DNA of 64,000 nt, from assembly GCA_963809325.1 (NCBI GenBank), contig CAWEIZ010000002.1:807130-871129 (forward strand), read 5' to 3'. Position 1 is the stretch's first letter. Each line of letters begins with the position of its first letter. Shown one piece after another: positions 46,431 through 57,210 of the stretch. Under the pieces are notes generated by a model, which did no database searches, was not told where the DNA came from, and worked only from the letters and a program-made list of their open reading frames with translations. The stretch comes from an uncultured Actinomycetes bacterium. GTDB lineage: Bacteria > Actinomycetota > Thermoleophilia > Gaiellales > JAICJC01. A program made the position numbers and the translations under genes.

Positions 46431-47087
46431 CTAGCGCCAGGGCATCGCGGCCCGGGCGCGCGTCTCCTCGTCGACGCTCGGCGGCCGGCTGCGACGCCAG
46501 GCGACGAGCAGGGCGAGCGGTGCGGCGACCAGGGGCAGCACGATCACTCCGATGAGCGCCACCATCCAGCCGCTCCCCAGGATCTGGCGATCGTGGATGC
46601 CCTGGGCGTGCGGGCTCAGGTCGGGCTCCGCCGTGATCGACCGCTGCTCCCCGGGGCCCGCGAACTGCGCGGTCGGGTACATCGACGCGACAAGCCATCG
46701 GTCGCCGACGCGCTGGACCTCCGTCGTGTAGACCGCCACTCCGGCGTCGCTGCCCTTCCGGGGCTGGAGCATCAGGTCGAAGATGACGTCGTCCGGCGTC
46801 ACCGTGATCGGGCGAATGCCGTAGCGGGTGCCGCCGACCGGGTACGGCGTCACCGGAAGCTCGCCGCGGCGCCACTGGGCACGGCTCGTCGTCGATCGGA
46901 GGGCCGGGGTCGCGAGCGCATACGCGCCGATCGGGTCGTGGCGCCCGACGACCGCCGGCACCCACGCATGGAGCAGCGTCTGGATGGCCTTGAGGTCGTC
47001 CGCCGGGATCGTCGGCCGGGCCGCGGCGGCGGGGTCCGCCATGACGAGCGCCGCCACCGTCGCGACGAGGAGTCCGAACCGCCTCAT
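46431..47087 (-). CDS. Hypothetical exported protein with a C-terminal TM anchor
   Basis: Signal peptide MRRFGLLVATVAALVMADPAAAA; C-terminal hydrophobic helix followed by WRRSR. Confidence 0.7.
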   Translation of the reverse strand: MRRFGLLVATVAALVMADPAAAARPTIPADDLKAIQTLLHAWVPAVVGRHDPIGAYALATPALRSTTSRAQWRRGELPVTPYPVGGTRYGIRPITVTPDDVIFDLMLQPRKGSDAGVAVYTTEVQRVGDRWLVASMYPTAQFAGPGEQRSITAEPDLSPHAQGIHDRQILGSGWMVALIGVIVLPLVAAPLALLVAWRRSRPPSVDEETRARAAMPWR

Positions 47088-47133
47088 ATCCGTAGCCTGC
47101 CATGTCCGTGCGGCGAGCGCATATTCTGTCGCG

Positions 47134-48558
47134 GTGAGCGGCGACGCCGAGGACCGGATCCGGGCCGACCGCATCGCCAAGGTGGACGCGATGCGGGCCG
47201 CCGGCGTCGATCCGTATCCCGCCCGGACGCCCGCCCGCGTGTCCGTTGCGGAGGTTCGGGAGCGGTTCGGCGACCTCGAGGCGGGCGCCGAGACGGACAC
47301 GCGGCTGGCCGTGGCCGGGCGGATCGCGGCCCGCCGGGGCCACGGCAAGGCCATGTTCCTCGACCTCGCCGACCGGACCGGGCGCCTCCAGCTCCACGCC
47401 ACGCTCGACGGGCTGGGCGAGGAGCCGTACGCCGCCCTCGCCGACGCCGATCTGGGCGACGTGATCGCGGCCGACGGCGCCGTCTTCGTGAGCCGCCGCG
47501 GGGAGCTGAGCCTGCGCGTGGGCGAGTGGCAGATGCTGGCGAAGTGCCTGCGGCCGCTCCCCGAGAAGTGGCACGGGCTGACCGACGTCGAGCTCCGCCA
47601 CCGGCGCAGGTACGTCGACCTGATCGTGAACGAGGACTCGCGCCTGCTCGCCATGGCCCGGTCGCGGATGGTGACCGCGATGCGGGCCGTGCTCGACGGC
47701 GACGGCTTCGTCGAGGTCGAGACCCCGATCCTGCAGCCGATCTACGGCGGCGCGTCCGCAGAGCCGTTCACGACGTACTACAACGAGTTCGAGCGCGACT
47801 TCTACCTGCGCATCGCCGACGAGCTCTACCTGAAGCGGCTGATCGTCGGCGGCCTCGAGCGGGTGTACGAGATCGCGAAGGACTTCCGGAACGAGGGCGT
47901 GTCGTTCAAGCACAACCCGGAGTTCACGATGCTCGAGTGGTACGAGGCCTACGGCGACTACGACGTCGGGATGAAGCGGGTCGAGCGCGTGATCGCCGCG
48001 GCAGGAGCGGCGGCCGGCAGCGAGATCGACCTCACGCCGCCGTGGCCGCGGGTTCCGCTCCGCGAGGCGATTCACGAGTACGCGGGCATCGATCCGATGG
48101 CGGACCGCGATCGCGACCGGCTCGTCGCCCACCTGCGGGCGGCCGACATCGACACGACGGCCGACGAGACCTGGGCCGATGCGGTCGACCATCTGCTGTC
48201 CCACTTCGTCGAGCCGGCGATCGAGCGCCCGACGTTCCTCGTCGACTACCCGGTCGAGCTCTCGCCGCTGGCCAAGCGCACACCCGGCGATCCGGGGCTC
48301 GTCGAGCGGTTCGAGGCGTTCTGCGTCGGCATGGAGCTCGGAAACGGCTACACGGAGCTGAACGATCCCGAGGACCAGCGGGCCCGGTTCGCGGCGCTCG
48401 GCCAGGCCGACGACGACTACGTGCTGGCGCTCGAGTACGGGATGCCGCCGACGGTCGGCGTCGGGATCGGCATCGACCGGCTGCTGATGGCGCTCAGGGG
48501 CGTGCGCTCGATCCGCGAGGTCATCCTGTTTCCAACGCTTCGGGACAGGGGCGAGTGA
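47134..48558 (+). CDS. lysS: Lysine--tRNA ligase (class II)
   Basis: RRGHGKAMF, RYVDL, LRIADELYLKRLIVGG, FRNEG, HNPEFTMLEWY, GIGIDRL. Confidence 0.96.
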   Translation: MSGDAEDRIRADRIAKVDAMRAAGVDPYPARTPARVSVAEVRERFGDLEAGAETDTRLAVAGRIAARRGHGKAMFLDLADRTGRLQLHATLDGLGEEPYAALADADLGDVIAADGAVFVSRRGELSLRVGEWQMLAKCLRPLPEKWHGLTDVELRHRRRYVDLIVNEDSRLLAMARSRMVTAMRAVLDGDGFVEVETPILQPIYGGASAEPFTTYYNEFERDFYLRIADELYLKRLIVGGLERVYEIAKDFRNEGVSFKHNPEFTMLEWYEAYGDYDVGMKRVERVIAAAGAAAGSEIDLTPPWPRVPLREAIHEYAGIDPMADRDRDRLVAHLRAADIDTTADETWADAVDHLLSHFVEPAIERPTFLVDYPVELSPLAKRTPGDPGLVERFEAFCVGMELGNGYTELNDPEDQRARFAALGQADDDYVLALEYGMPPTVGVGIGIDRLLMALRGVRSIREVILFPTLRDRGE

Positions 48559-48559
48559 C

Positions 48560-49138
48560 GTGGGCAAGGTCTTCGACGAGATCGACGACAGGCTGACCGG
48601 CTGGATCGCGGCCCAGCAGCTCTTCTTCGTCGCCACGGCGCCGTCGGGCGACGGCGGCCACGTGAACTGCTCGCCGAAGGGGCCGATCGAGAGCCTGCGG
48701 GTGCTCGGCCCACGCCGGGTCGCCTACCTCGACCTGGTCGGATCGGGCGCCGAGACGATCGCGCACCTGCGCCAGAACGGCCGGATCGTGATCATGCTGT
48801 GCGCCTTCGTCGGGCCTCCGCGCATCCTGCGGCTGTACGGCCGGGGGCGGATCGTGACGGCCGCCGATGCGGAGTTCGACGAGCTCGCCGGCTGGTTCCA
48901 GATCCGCGACGCCTATGCGACCGAGCCGGTGAAGCGCTCAGTCGTCGTCGTGGACGTCGATCGCGTCGCCGACTCGTGCGGCTACGGCGTGCCGCTCATG
49001 GAGCCCGTGGGCGACCGCCCGCAGCAGGCGCTCTGGGTCGAGCGCAAGCTCGCGCAGGGCGGTCCGGACGCGATCGCGGCCTACCGGGCCGAGCACAACG
49101 TCCGCTCGATCGACGGCCTGCCCGCGCTGGACGGCTAG
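48560..49138 (+). CDS. Pyridoxamine 5'-phosphate oxidase family protein
   Basis: FFVATAP, VNCSPKG, YLDLVGSGAETIAHL, MLCAF.GPPRILRLYG, SCGYGVP. Confidence 0.87.
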   Translation: MGKVFDEIDDRLTGWIAAQQLFFVATAPSGDGGHVNCSPKGPIESLRVLGPRRVAYLDLVGSGAETIAHLRQNGRIVIMLCAFVGPPRILRLYGRGRIVTAADAEFDELAGWFQIRDAYATEPVKRSVVVVDVDRVADSCGYGVPLMEPVGDRPQQALWVERKLAQGGPDAIAAYRAEHNVRSIDGLPALDG

Positions 49139-49513
49139 ATCGGTGATTCCCAATTCCCGCGCGCCTGGACGTACCGCTGCTCGTGCAGGCCCGTCGCGGT
49201 GGGGCTGCGGCTGCGAACCGTCGCATCCACGGGGGACCTGCTGGATAGCAGGTCTTCCCGTGACCGCTGCAAGGCGTTCGCCTTGCAGCTTGTCCTCGGT
49301 CGCGCCGATATTCACCAATGTCGGCCGGCGGCGCCTGCGTAATCGCAGGCGCCTTCCGAACCCTGTCAAGCCGTTCCGGCTTGACAGGTCCTGCGTCCTT
49401 GCGCTGCTTGGTTCGCAGCCCGCTCGCGACCTGCTGAGTAGCAGGTCGCTCACGACCGCCGCAAGCCCAGGGCTTGCGGCTGGGACATCACGGAATTGGG
49501 AATCAACGATCTA
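49136..49513 (+). mobile_element. TIR-bounded structured repeat, copy D (378 bp, longest; two X cassettes)
   Basis: CTAGATCGGTGATTCCCAATTCC / GGAATTGGGAATCAACGATCTAG (22/23 match); the left TA belongs to the upstream TAG stop and the right TA abuts the downstream GTG start. Confidence 0.82.
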
Positions 49514-50491
49514 GTGCCCGAGACGACGCTCTACGGGCCCGGGCAGTCGCGGTTCGCCCGCCTCCTCGAGCGGCGCGAGGAGCGGCGGCCGGACGAGACC
49601 TCACGGGCGCTCCGCGGCAAGCTCCTGACCGGGATCAGGGGGCGGGTGATCGAGATCGGCTGCGGAGGCGGCCCCGCCTTCGAGCACTACCCGCCGGAGG
49701 TGGAGCGAGTGCTCGCCGTGGAGCCCGACCCTGTCGCCCGCGCGGCGGCCGCAGAGAGCGCGGCCGCGGCGGCGGCTCCGATCGACGTGGTCGAGGGGTT
49801 CGCCGAGCGCCTGCCGGCGGGAGACGGCATGTTCGACGCCGTCGTCTGCATCTGGGTGCTGTGCAGCGTGCCCGACGTGGCGGCGGCGCTGCGCGAGTTC
49901 CGCCGGGTGCTCGTGCCGGGCGGCGAGCTGCGCGTATACGAGCACGTCCGCTCGCCCCACGCCCCGTTCCGCGCCGTCCAGCACGCGGTCGACTCGCTCT
50001 TCTGGACGCGGTCGCTCGGCGGCTGCGAGACGACGCGCGACACCGAGGCCGCGATCCGCGCCGCGGGCTTCGAGTTCGACCGGATCGAGCGCGGCTTCCA
50101 GTCCTCCTCGCTGCTCACGATCACCGCCGCGCCGTACATCCTCGGCACGGCGCGAAAATTGGGGTCTGACCCCGTTCCTGCATGCCCAAATGCGGTTGGT
50201 GCGGCGAACCACTGGGGCCAGGCCCCGGACGGGGTTTGGCCCCATGGGGTCTGCGGCCGGCACGGCTGCGCAACACCGGGGTCTGACCCCGATGTTGCGC
50301 CGGTTCGGGCGCCTGAGGCCCGGAGCCGAGCTCCGGGCCTCGCACAGACGATGGCGTGCACACGTGGGGGGCTCGTGGGGGGAGCCTGCTCCCCCCACGG
50401 ATCTATTCGTGGGCGGCGAGGAACTCGCGGAGCATCGGCATGTAGACCTCCGGATGCTCGGCGAAGCACAGGTGCGAGCCGTCAGGGATGA
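49514..50491 (+). CDS. Class I SAM-dependent methyltransferase; recognisable fold ends near 50150 and the ORF runs on through a repeat cluster
   Basis: VIEIGCGGG, VEPDP, LPAGDGMFDAVV, VLCSVPD, RRVLVPGGEL..YEHVR, PYILGTAR. Confidence 0.8.
   Translation: MPETTLYGPGQSRFARLLERREERRPDETSRALRGKLLTGIRGRVIEIGCGGGPAFEHYPPEVERVLAVEPDPVARAAAAESAAAAAAPIDVVEGFAERLPAGDGMFDAVVCIWVLCSVPDVAAALREFRRVLVPGGELRVYEHVRSPHAPFRAVQHAVDSLFWTRSLGGCETTRDTEAAIRAAGFEFDRIERGFQSSSLLTITAAPYILGTARKLGSDPVPACPNAVGAANHWGQAPDGVWPHGVCGRHGCATPGSDPDVAPVRAPEARSRAPGLAQTMACTRGGLVGGACSPHGSIRGRRGTRGASACRPPDARRSTGASRQG
50151..50399. repeat. Cluster of REP-like palindromes and hairpins
   Basis: GGGGTCTGACCCC at 50161 and 50278; variants GGGGCCAGGCCCC 50214 and GGGGTTTGGCCCC 50231; perfect 12-bp stems at 50315-50341 and 50374-50399. 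Confidence 0.75.
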
Positions 50492-51269
50492 TCTCGAGCC
50501 GGCTCCCGGGGATGCGCTCGTGGATCTCGCGCAGGTGCGACGGGCGGCACTCGTCGTACTCGCCGCCGCTCACGAGCGTCGGCACCGAGATCTCGCCGAG
50601 CCGGTCCATGATGTCCCACTCGCGCAGCGTGCCGATGATGCGGAACTCGCTCGGCCCGGCCATGTAGTGGTAGATCGGGGTCGCCATCCGGTCGAACGAG
50701 CGGACGACGAAGTCGGGCCAGGGGTCGAGGCGGCAGACGTGCCGGCGGTAGAACGGCATCATCGCCTCCTCGTACTCCGGCGACTCCATCTTGCCCTCGT
50801 TCTCGAGCCGCTCGATCTCCTCGCGCTCGTCGGCCGGCATCTCGTCGAGGAGCTCCTGGCAGATCTCGTTCCAGCGCGGCGAGGAGGCCGGGCTGCCCGC
50901 CATCGTGAGCGTGAGCGGCGGCCGGCCGCGGTCGAGGACGTACTGCATGGCGAGCATGCCGCCCCACGAGCTTCCGAACAGGTGCACGCGCTCGAGGCCG
51001 AGCGCGTCGCGCACCGTGCTCAGCTCGTCCATGAACCGCTCGACCGTCCACAGCGAGCGGTCGTCGGGCTTGTCGGACTCGCCGCAGCCGAGCTGGTCGT
51101 AGAAGACCACGCGGCGCTCGTCGGCCAGCTCCGCGAACGGGGTCAGGTAGTCGTGCGGGGCTCCGGGGCCGCCGTGCAGGCAGAGGAGCGGCGCGCCCGG
51201 GCCGTCGCCGTACGACCAGTACCGGACGCGACCGCCGGGGACATCGACCCAGCCCTCGGCGGGCGTCAA
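50403..51269 (-). CDS. Proline iminopeptidase / L-amino acid amidase family
   Basis: LHGGPGAPHDY, YDQLGCGESD, GSSWGGML, GEYDE, GSH; TTG start at 51269. Confidence 0.88.
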   Translation of the reverse strand: MTPAEGWVDVPGGRVRYWSYGDGPGAPLLCLHGGPGAPHDYLTPFAELADERRVVFYDQLGCGESDKPDDRSLWTVERFMDELSTVRDALGLERVHLFGSSWGGMLAMQYVLDRGRPPLTLTMAGSPASSPRWNEICQELLDEMPADEREEIERLENEGKMESPEYEEAMMPFYRRHVCRLDPWPDFVVRSFDRMATPIYHYMAGPSEFRIIGTLREWDIMDRLGEISVPTLVSGGEYDECRPSHLREIHERIPGSRLEIIPDGSHLCFAEHPEVYMPMLREFLAAHE

Positions 51270-51505
51270 GACGCCTTCACCCGCACCGCCTCGTCGTCGC
51301 CTGCGACGCCGTAGAGGTCGTCGCCGGGGTCGTAGCTCACGAGGTCGACGTCCATCAGGTCGTCGGCCTCCGAGAGGGCGATCGCCGCTGCGGCCGGGGG
51401 ATCGTGCGCCTCGACCTGGTCGACCCGGCCGGTTGGGACGTACGCGACGCCGAGGGGGAGCTCGTCGGCCTCGACCGCACGGAAGTGCTCGACCGTGTAG
51501 CGCAC
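51266..51505 (-). CDS. Small acidic hypothetical protein
   Basis: 79-aa segment from GTG 51505 (VRYTVEHF); its TGA overlaps the TTG of the next gene. Confidence 0.55.
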   Translation of the reverse strand: MRYTVEHFRAVEADELPLGVAYVPTGRVDQVEAHDPPAAAAIALSEADDLMDVDLVSYDPGDDLYGVAGDDEAVRVKAS

Positions 51506-51592
51506 GCCGCGGATAGTTGCGCATTTCCGCGCCGATGTCCACCCGTTCGGACAGCCGGTGTAGCCTGCCGCCACCCAACCCGAAGGAGCCCC

Positions 51593-52273
51593 ATGGACGT
51601 TCAGGTCAGGCACACGCCGTCGTTCGCGGTCGTCCGCTGCACCATGGCCGGGGGAGAGGCCGTCCGCGCCGAGTCCGGAGCGATGATGGCGACGTCGGAC
51701 GGCGTCGCGGTCGAGGCCAAGATGCAGGGCGGGTTCATGAAGTCGATCAAGCGAAGCGTGCTCGGCGGCGAGTCCCTCTTCATCACGACGTACACGGCGC
51801 CGCCGCAGGGCGGGTGGGTCGATTGCGCTGCCAACCTCCCGGGCGACGCCGTCGTCCGTACCGTGGGCGGCGGGAAGACGCTCAACATGTCCCGCGGCTC
51901 GTTCCTGGTCTGCGAGGCCGGCGTCGAGATCGACACCCAGTGGGGCGGATTCCAGAACCTGGTGGGCGGCGAGGGCGGCTTCCTCGTACACGCGTCAGGC
52001 CAGGGCGAGGTCGTCGCCGCATGCTACGGCGCGCTCGACGCCATCACTCTGGGCCCCGGCGAGAAGGTGGTCGTCGACTCGGGCCACATGGTCGCCTACG
52101 ACGACACCGTGCAGATGTCGACCCGCCGCGTGGCGGGCACGATGGCGTCAATGAAGAGCGGTGAGGGGCTCGTGTTCGAGTTCACCGGGCCCGGGGAGGT
52201 CCTGACCCAGACGAGAAACCCGTCAGCGCTCATCGACTGGCTCACGACCGTGCTCCCGTTCACCCGGCAGTAG
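51593..52273 (+). CDS. AIM24 family protein (TIGR00266)
   Basis: VRAESGAM, LGGESLF, GGEGGF, VVDSGHMVA, GEGLVFEFTGPGEVLTQTRN; AAGGAG RBS. Confidence 0.88.
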   Translation: MDVQVRHTPSFAVVRCTMAGGEAVRAESGAMMATSDGVAVEAKMQGGFMKSIKRSVLGGESLFITTYTAPPQGGWVDCAANLPGDAVVRTVGGGKTLNMSRGSFLVCEAGVEIDTQWGGFQNLVGGEGGFLVHASGQGEVVAACYGALDAITLGPGEKVVVDSGHMVAYDDTVQMSTRRVAGTMASMKSGEGLVFEFTGPGEVLTQTRNPSALIDWLTTVLPFTRQ

Positions 52274-52342
52274 AGGCTCAAGAACGGTCCACCTGCGGCC
52301 GATGAGTGGGCATCACGCCACATTTGGGGTGATCGGGCCCGG

Positions 52343-52351
52343 TGCTATAGT
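52343..52351 (+). promoter_or_regulatory. Candidate extended -10 for clpC
   Basis: TGcTATAGT about 120 nt upstream of the clpC start. Confidence 0.45.
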
Positions 52352-52472
52352 CCAGCCGGCTTCACTCCCCAACCGGGACCGAAGGCGACCGAAGACGGCC
52401 GCTTGACGTTCCGGGTCGAGCCATTTTCGGAAATCATGAATTCATCGACTTGCACGGAAAGGGGGCACGGAG

Positions 52473-55034
<2,562 letters not shown>

Positions 55035-55058
55035 GGCCGAGCCGGCAACCGATTCCGC

Positions 55059-55090
55059 CATGAGGGCCGCTCGCGAGAGCGGCCCTCATG
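55059..55090 (+). terminator. Perfect 14-bp hairpin after clpC (probable terminator, no U-tract)
   Basis: CATGAGGGCCGCTC-GCGA-GAGCGGCCCTCATG with a GNRA loop. Confidence 0.6.
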
Positions 55091-55141
55091 TGCACGGTCC
55101 AGGTAGGTGGTCCGCGCTCGTCGTCGAAGCCACATCCTGGT

Positions 55142-56401
55142 ATGCGACGCAGCCTCGTCCTCGCCGTGCTCGCGGCCGCCATCGCGGCCTCGAGTGTGCT
55201 CGCGCCCCCCGCGCTCGCCGCGAGGCGGTACGTCAGCTCGGCACGCGCGTTTCAGCGCGCGGTTCTCGACTTCCAGCGAAGCGGCGGCAAGATCGTGCTC
55301 CTGCCCGGCGATTACCGCCAGCCGCTCGAGATCGGGCCGCGGTCGGCGCGGCCGCTCAGCATCGTGGGAGCGCCGGGGGCCCGCGTGCAGTCGCTCAGCA
55401 TCGTCCGCTCGCACGCGGTCACCATCGAGAGCCTCGTCGTCCGCCCGCTCGGCGGCAACGCCCAGGTGCTCGCCAAGCGCTCGAGCGAGATCGTCTTTCG
55501 CGGGGACACGTTCACGGCCAAGCGCACGAGGTACAAGGTCGGGCTCCGCCTCGACTACTCACGCAACGTGGTCGTCCGAAACAGCCAGTTCTCGCACTGC
55601 GGCGATCACACGCCGAAGTGGTCGACGTGCCTGCTGCCGCGCTGGGCGTCGCATCTCACCGTCATGACGAGCTGGTTCCACGACTGCCGCGGCTGCGACT
55701 TCATCGGCGGCAGGGCCGGCCCGGATCTCGTGATCCAGGACAACCGCTTCGACCGCGCGCTCGCGTGTAAGACGGGCTGGGTGAAGTGCAGCCATCAGGA
55801 TCTGATCGAGCTGTTCAATGCCGACGGCATGCTCGTCACCCGCAATATCTTCGGCGTCAGCCAGGGGGGCGGGGCGCAGCTCAACCTGGCGACGGCCGAC
55901 GACAACGTCCGCGTCGTCGACAACCTCTTCCTGCGGGACGACCCTCGCACTCCGGGCATCGTCCCGCGGGTGGCGATCCTGGTCGGGACGAAGACGACCC
56001 CCCGGATCCCTCGCGACGTCACGATCGTGAACAACACGATCCTCTCGGGGGCCCCCAAGGGAGGGCACGCCGAGTCCTCGATCGTGCTCAGCCCCCACTA
56101 CTCGACCATGCTGTCGAGCAACCGCCCGGTGATCGCGAACAACGTGCTCGCGTGGCTCATGGCCCCCGCGCTCGTGTGCGGCCTCGCCCGCGACTCGCTG
56201 CACAACGTCGTCGGGGCCGGCACCGCCTGCGGGGTCACCGACGTGGTCGGCGACCCGGTGCTCGATCCCGGCGGGAGGCCGACGGCCGGCTCGACGCTCG
56301 TGATCGACCTGGCCGACCCGGCGCTCGCGCCGCCGCTTGACATCGACGGCGCGGCGCGGACGGGTCCGCCCGACATCGGCGCGTACGAGTTCTCCGGCTA
56401 G
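55142..56401 (+). CDS. Secreted right-handed beta-helix protein with a choice-of-anchor-Q-like C-terminus
   Basis: Signal peptide; repeated VVVRNSQF, IQDNRF, VVDNLF, IVNNTI; ends IDLAD...DIDGAAR..PDIGAYEF. Confidence 0.75.
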   Translation: MRRSLVLAVLAAAIAASSVLAPPALAARRYVSSARAFQRAVLDFQRSGGKIVLLPGDYRQPLEIGPRSARPLSIVGAPGARVQSLSIVRSHAVTIESLVVRPLGGNAQVLAKRSSEIVFRGDTFTAKRTRYKVGLRLDYSRNVVVRNSQFSHCGDHTPKWSTCLLPRWASHLTVMTSWFHDCRGCDFIGGRAGPDLVIQDNRFDRALACKTGWVKCSHQDLIELFNADGMLVTRNIFGVSQGGGAQLNLATADDNVRVVDNLFLRDDPRTPGIVPRVAILVGTKTTPRIPRDVTIVNNTILSGAPKGGHAESSIVLSPHYSTMLSSNRPVIANNVLAWLMAPALVCGLARDSLHNVVGAGTACGVTDVVGDPVLDPGGRPTAGSTLVIDLADPALAPPLDIDGAARTGPPDIGAYEFSG

Positions 56402-56820
56402 CTGACGGTCAGCGTGCCCTTCATGCCGGCGGCCTCGTGCCCCGGCACCGAGCAGTAGAACGTGTACGTCCCGGCCTTGAGGTCGGCGATGTCGATCGTC
56501 GAGACGCCGCCGTCCTGGACGATGTCACCCTTCTCGTCGACGCCGTTCCCCTTGAGGGAGATGTCGTGGCCGGTCGACTGCGGGTTCATCGACTTGATCA
56601 CGACGTGGCCGGCCGTTGCCGTCGCTGTGGTCTCCGCGTAGGCGAAGCCGCTCGCGGCGACGTCGATCTCGACGACCTGGCCGCCGGAGGCCGAGCCGCC
56701 ACCGCCGCCCGAGGAGCCGCCGCCGCTCGAGCCGCCACCGCCGCAGGCACCGGCGAGGAGCGCGATGACCGCGGCCCCGGCGATCCAGCGGCCTCTGATG
56801 ATGCTGCTCTGATGGGTCAT
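56398..56820 (-). CDS. Cupredoxin (plastocyanin/azurin-like) lipoprotein
   Basis: LLAGAC lipobox, Gly/Ser linker, GHDI and YTFYCSVPGHEAAGM type-1 copper ligands. Confidence 0.88.
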   Translation of the reverse strand: MTHQSSIIRGRWIAGAAVIALLAGACGGGGSSGGGSSGGGGGSASGGQVVEIDVAASGFAYAETTATATAGHVVIKSMNPQSTGHDISLKGNGVDEKGDIVQDGGVSTIDIADLKAGTYTFYCSVPGHEAAGMKGTLTVS

Positions 56821-56854
56821 AAGGCTTTGGACGTTAGCAACGTGGGCGCCCTGA

Positions 56855-57172
56855 GATGGGTGATTCCCAATTCCCGCGCGCCTGGACGTCCGGATGTGGA
56901 CTGGGATTTGGCTCTGGTGGGGCTGCGGCTGCGAACCGTCGCATCGCTGCGTCCTCGGTCGGGCCGATATTTCAACCAATATCGCCCGGCGGCGCCTGCG
57001 TCATCGCAGGCGCCTTCCGAACCCTGTCAAGCCGTTCCGACTTGACAGGTCCTGCGTCCTTGCGCTGCTCGGTTCTCGCCCATGAGCGACCTGCTGGATA
57101 GCAGGTCGCTCATGACCGCGGCAAGCCGTCGGCTTGCCGCTGGAACATCACGCGAATTGGGAATCAACCATC
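56855..57172 (+). mobile_element. TIR-bounded structured repeat, copy E (318 bp)
   Basis: GATGGGTGATTCCCAATTC / GAATTGGGAATCAACCATC (18/19 match); cassettes Y and X present; no TA flanks. Confidence 0.8.
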
Positions 57173-57210
57173 GCGGCGCCATCCGCGGTCACTGCCAGAA
57201 TGGAACGTCC

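Noticed and set aside
52400-52425. HspR (HAIR) or HrcA (CIRCE) operator upstream of clpC
   Set aside because: CTTGACGTTCCGGGTCGAG is only a loose inverted repeat. It does not fit CTTGAGT-N7-ACTCAAG or TTAGCACTC-N9-GAGTGCTAA.
56695-56745. GGC/GGT-rich tandem repeat
   Set aside because: It encodes the Gly/Ser linker of the cupredoxin lipoprotein; ordinary low-complexity coding sequence.
56934-56945. Actinobacterial LexA box (CGAAC-N4-GTTCG) in the element upstream of radA or ligC
   Set aside because: Only the CGAAC half is present (CGAACCGTCGCAT), and copies also sit beside non-repair genes.
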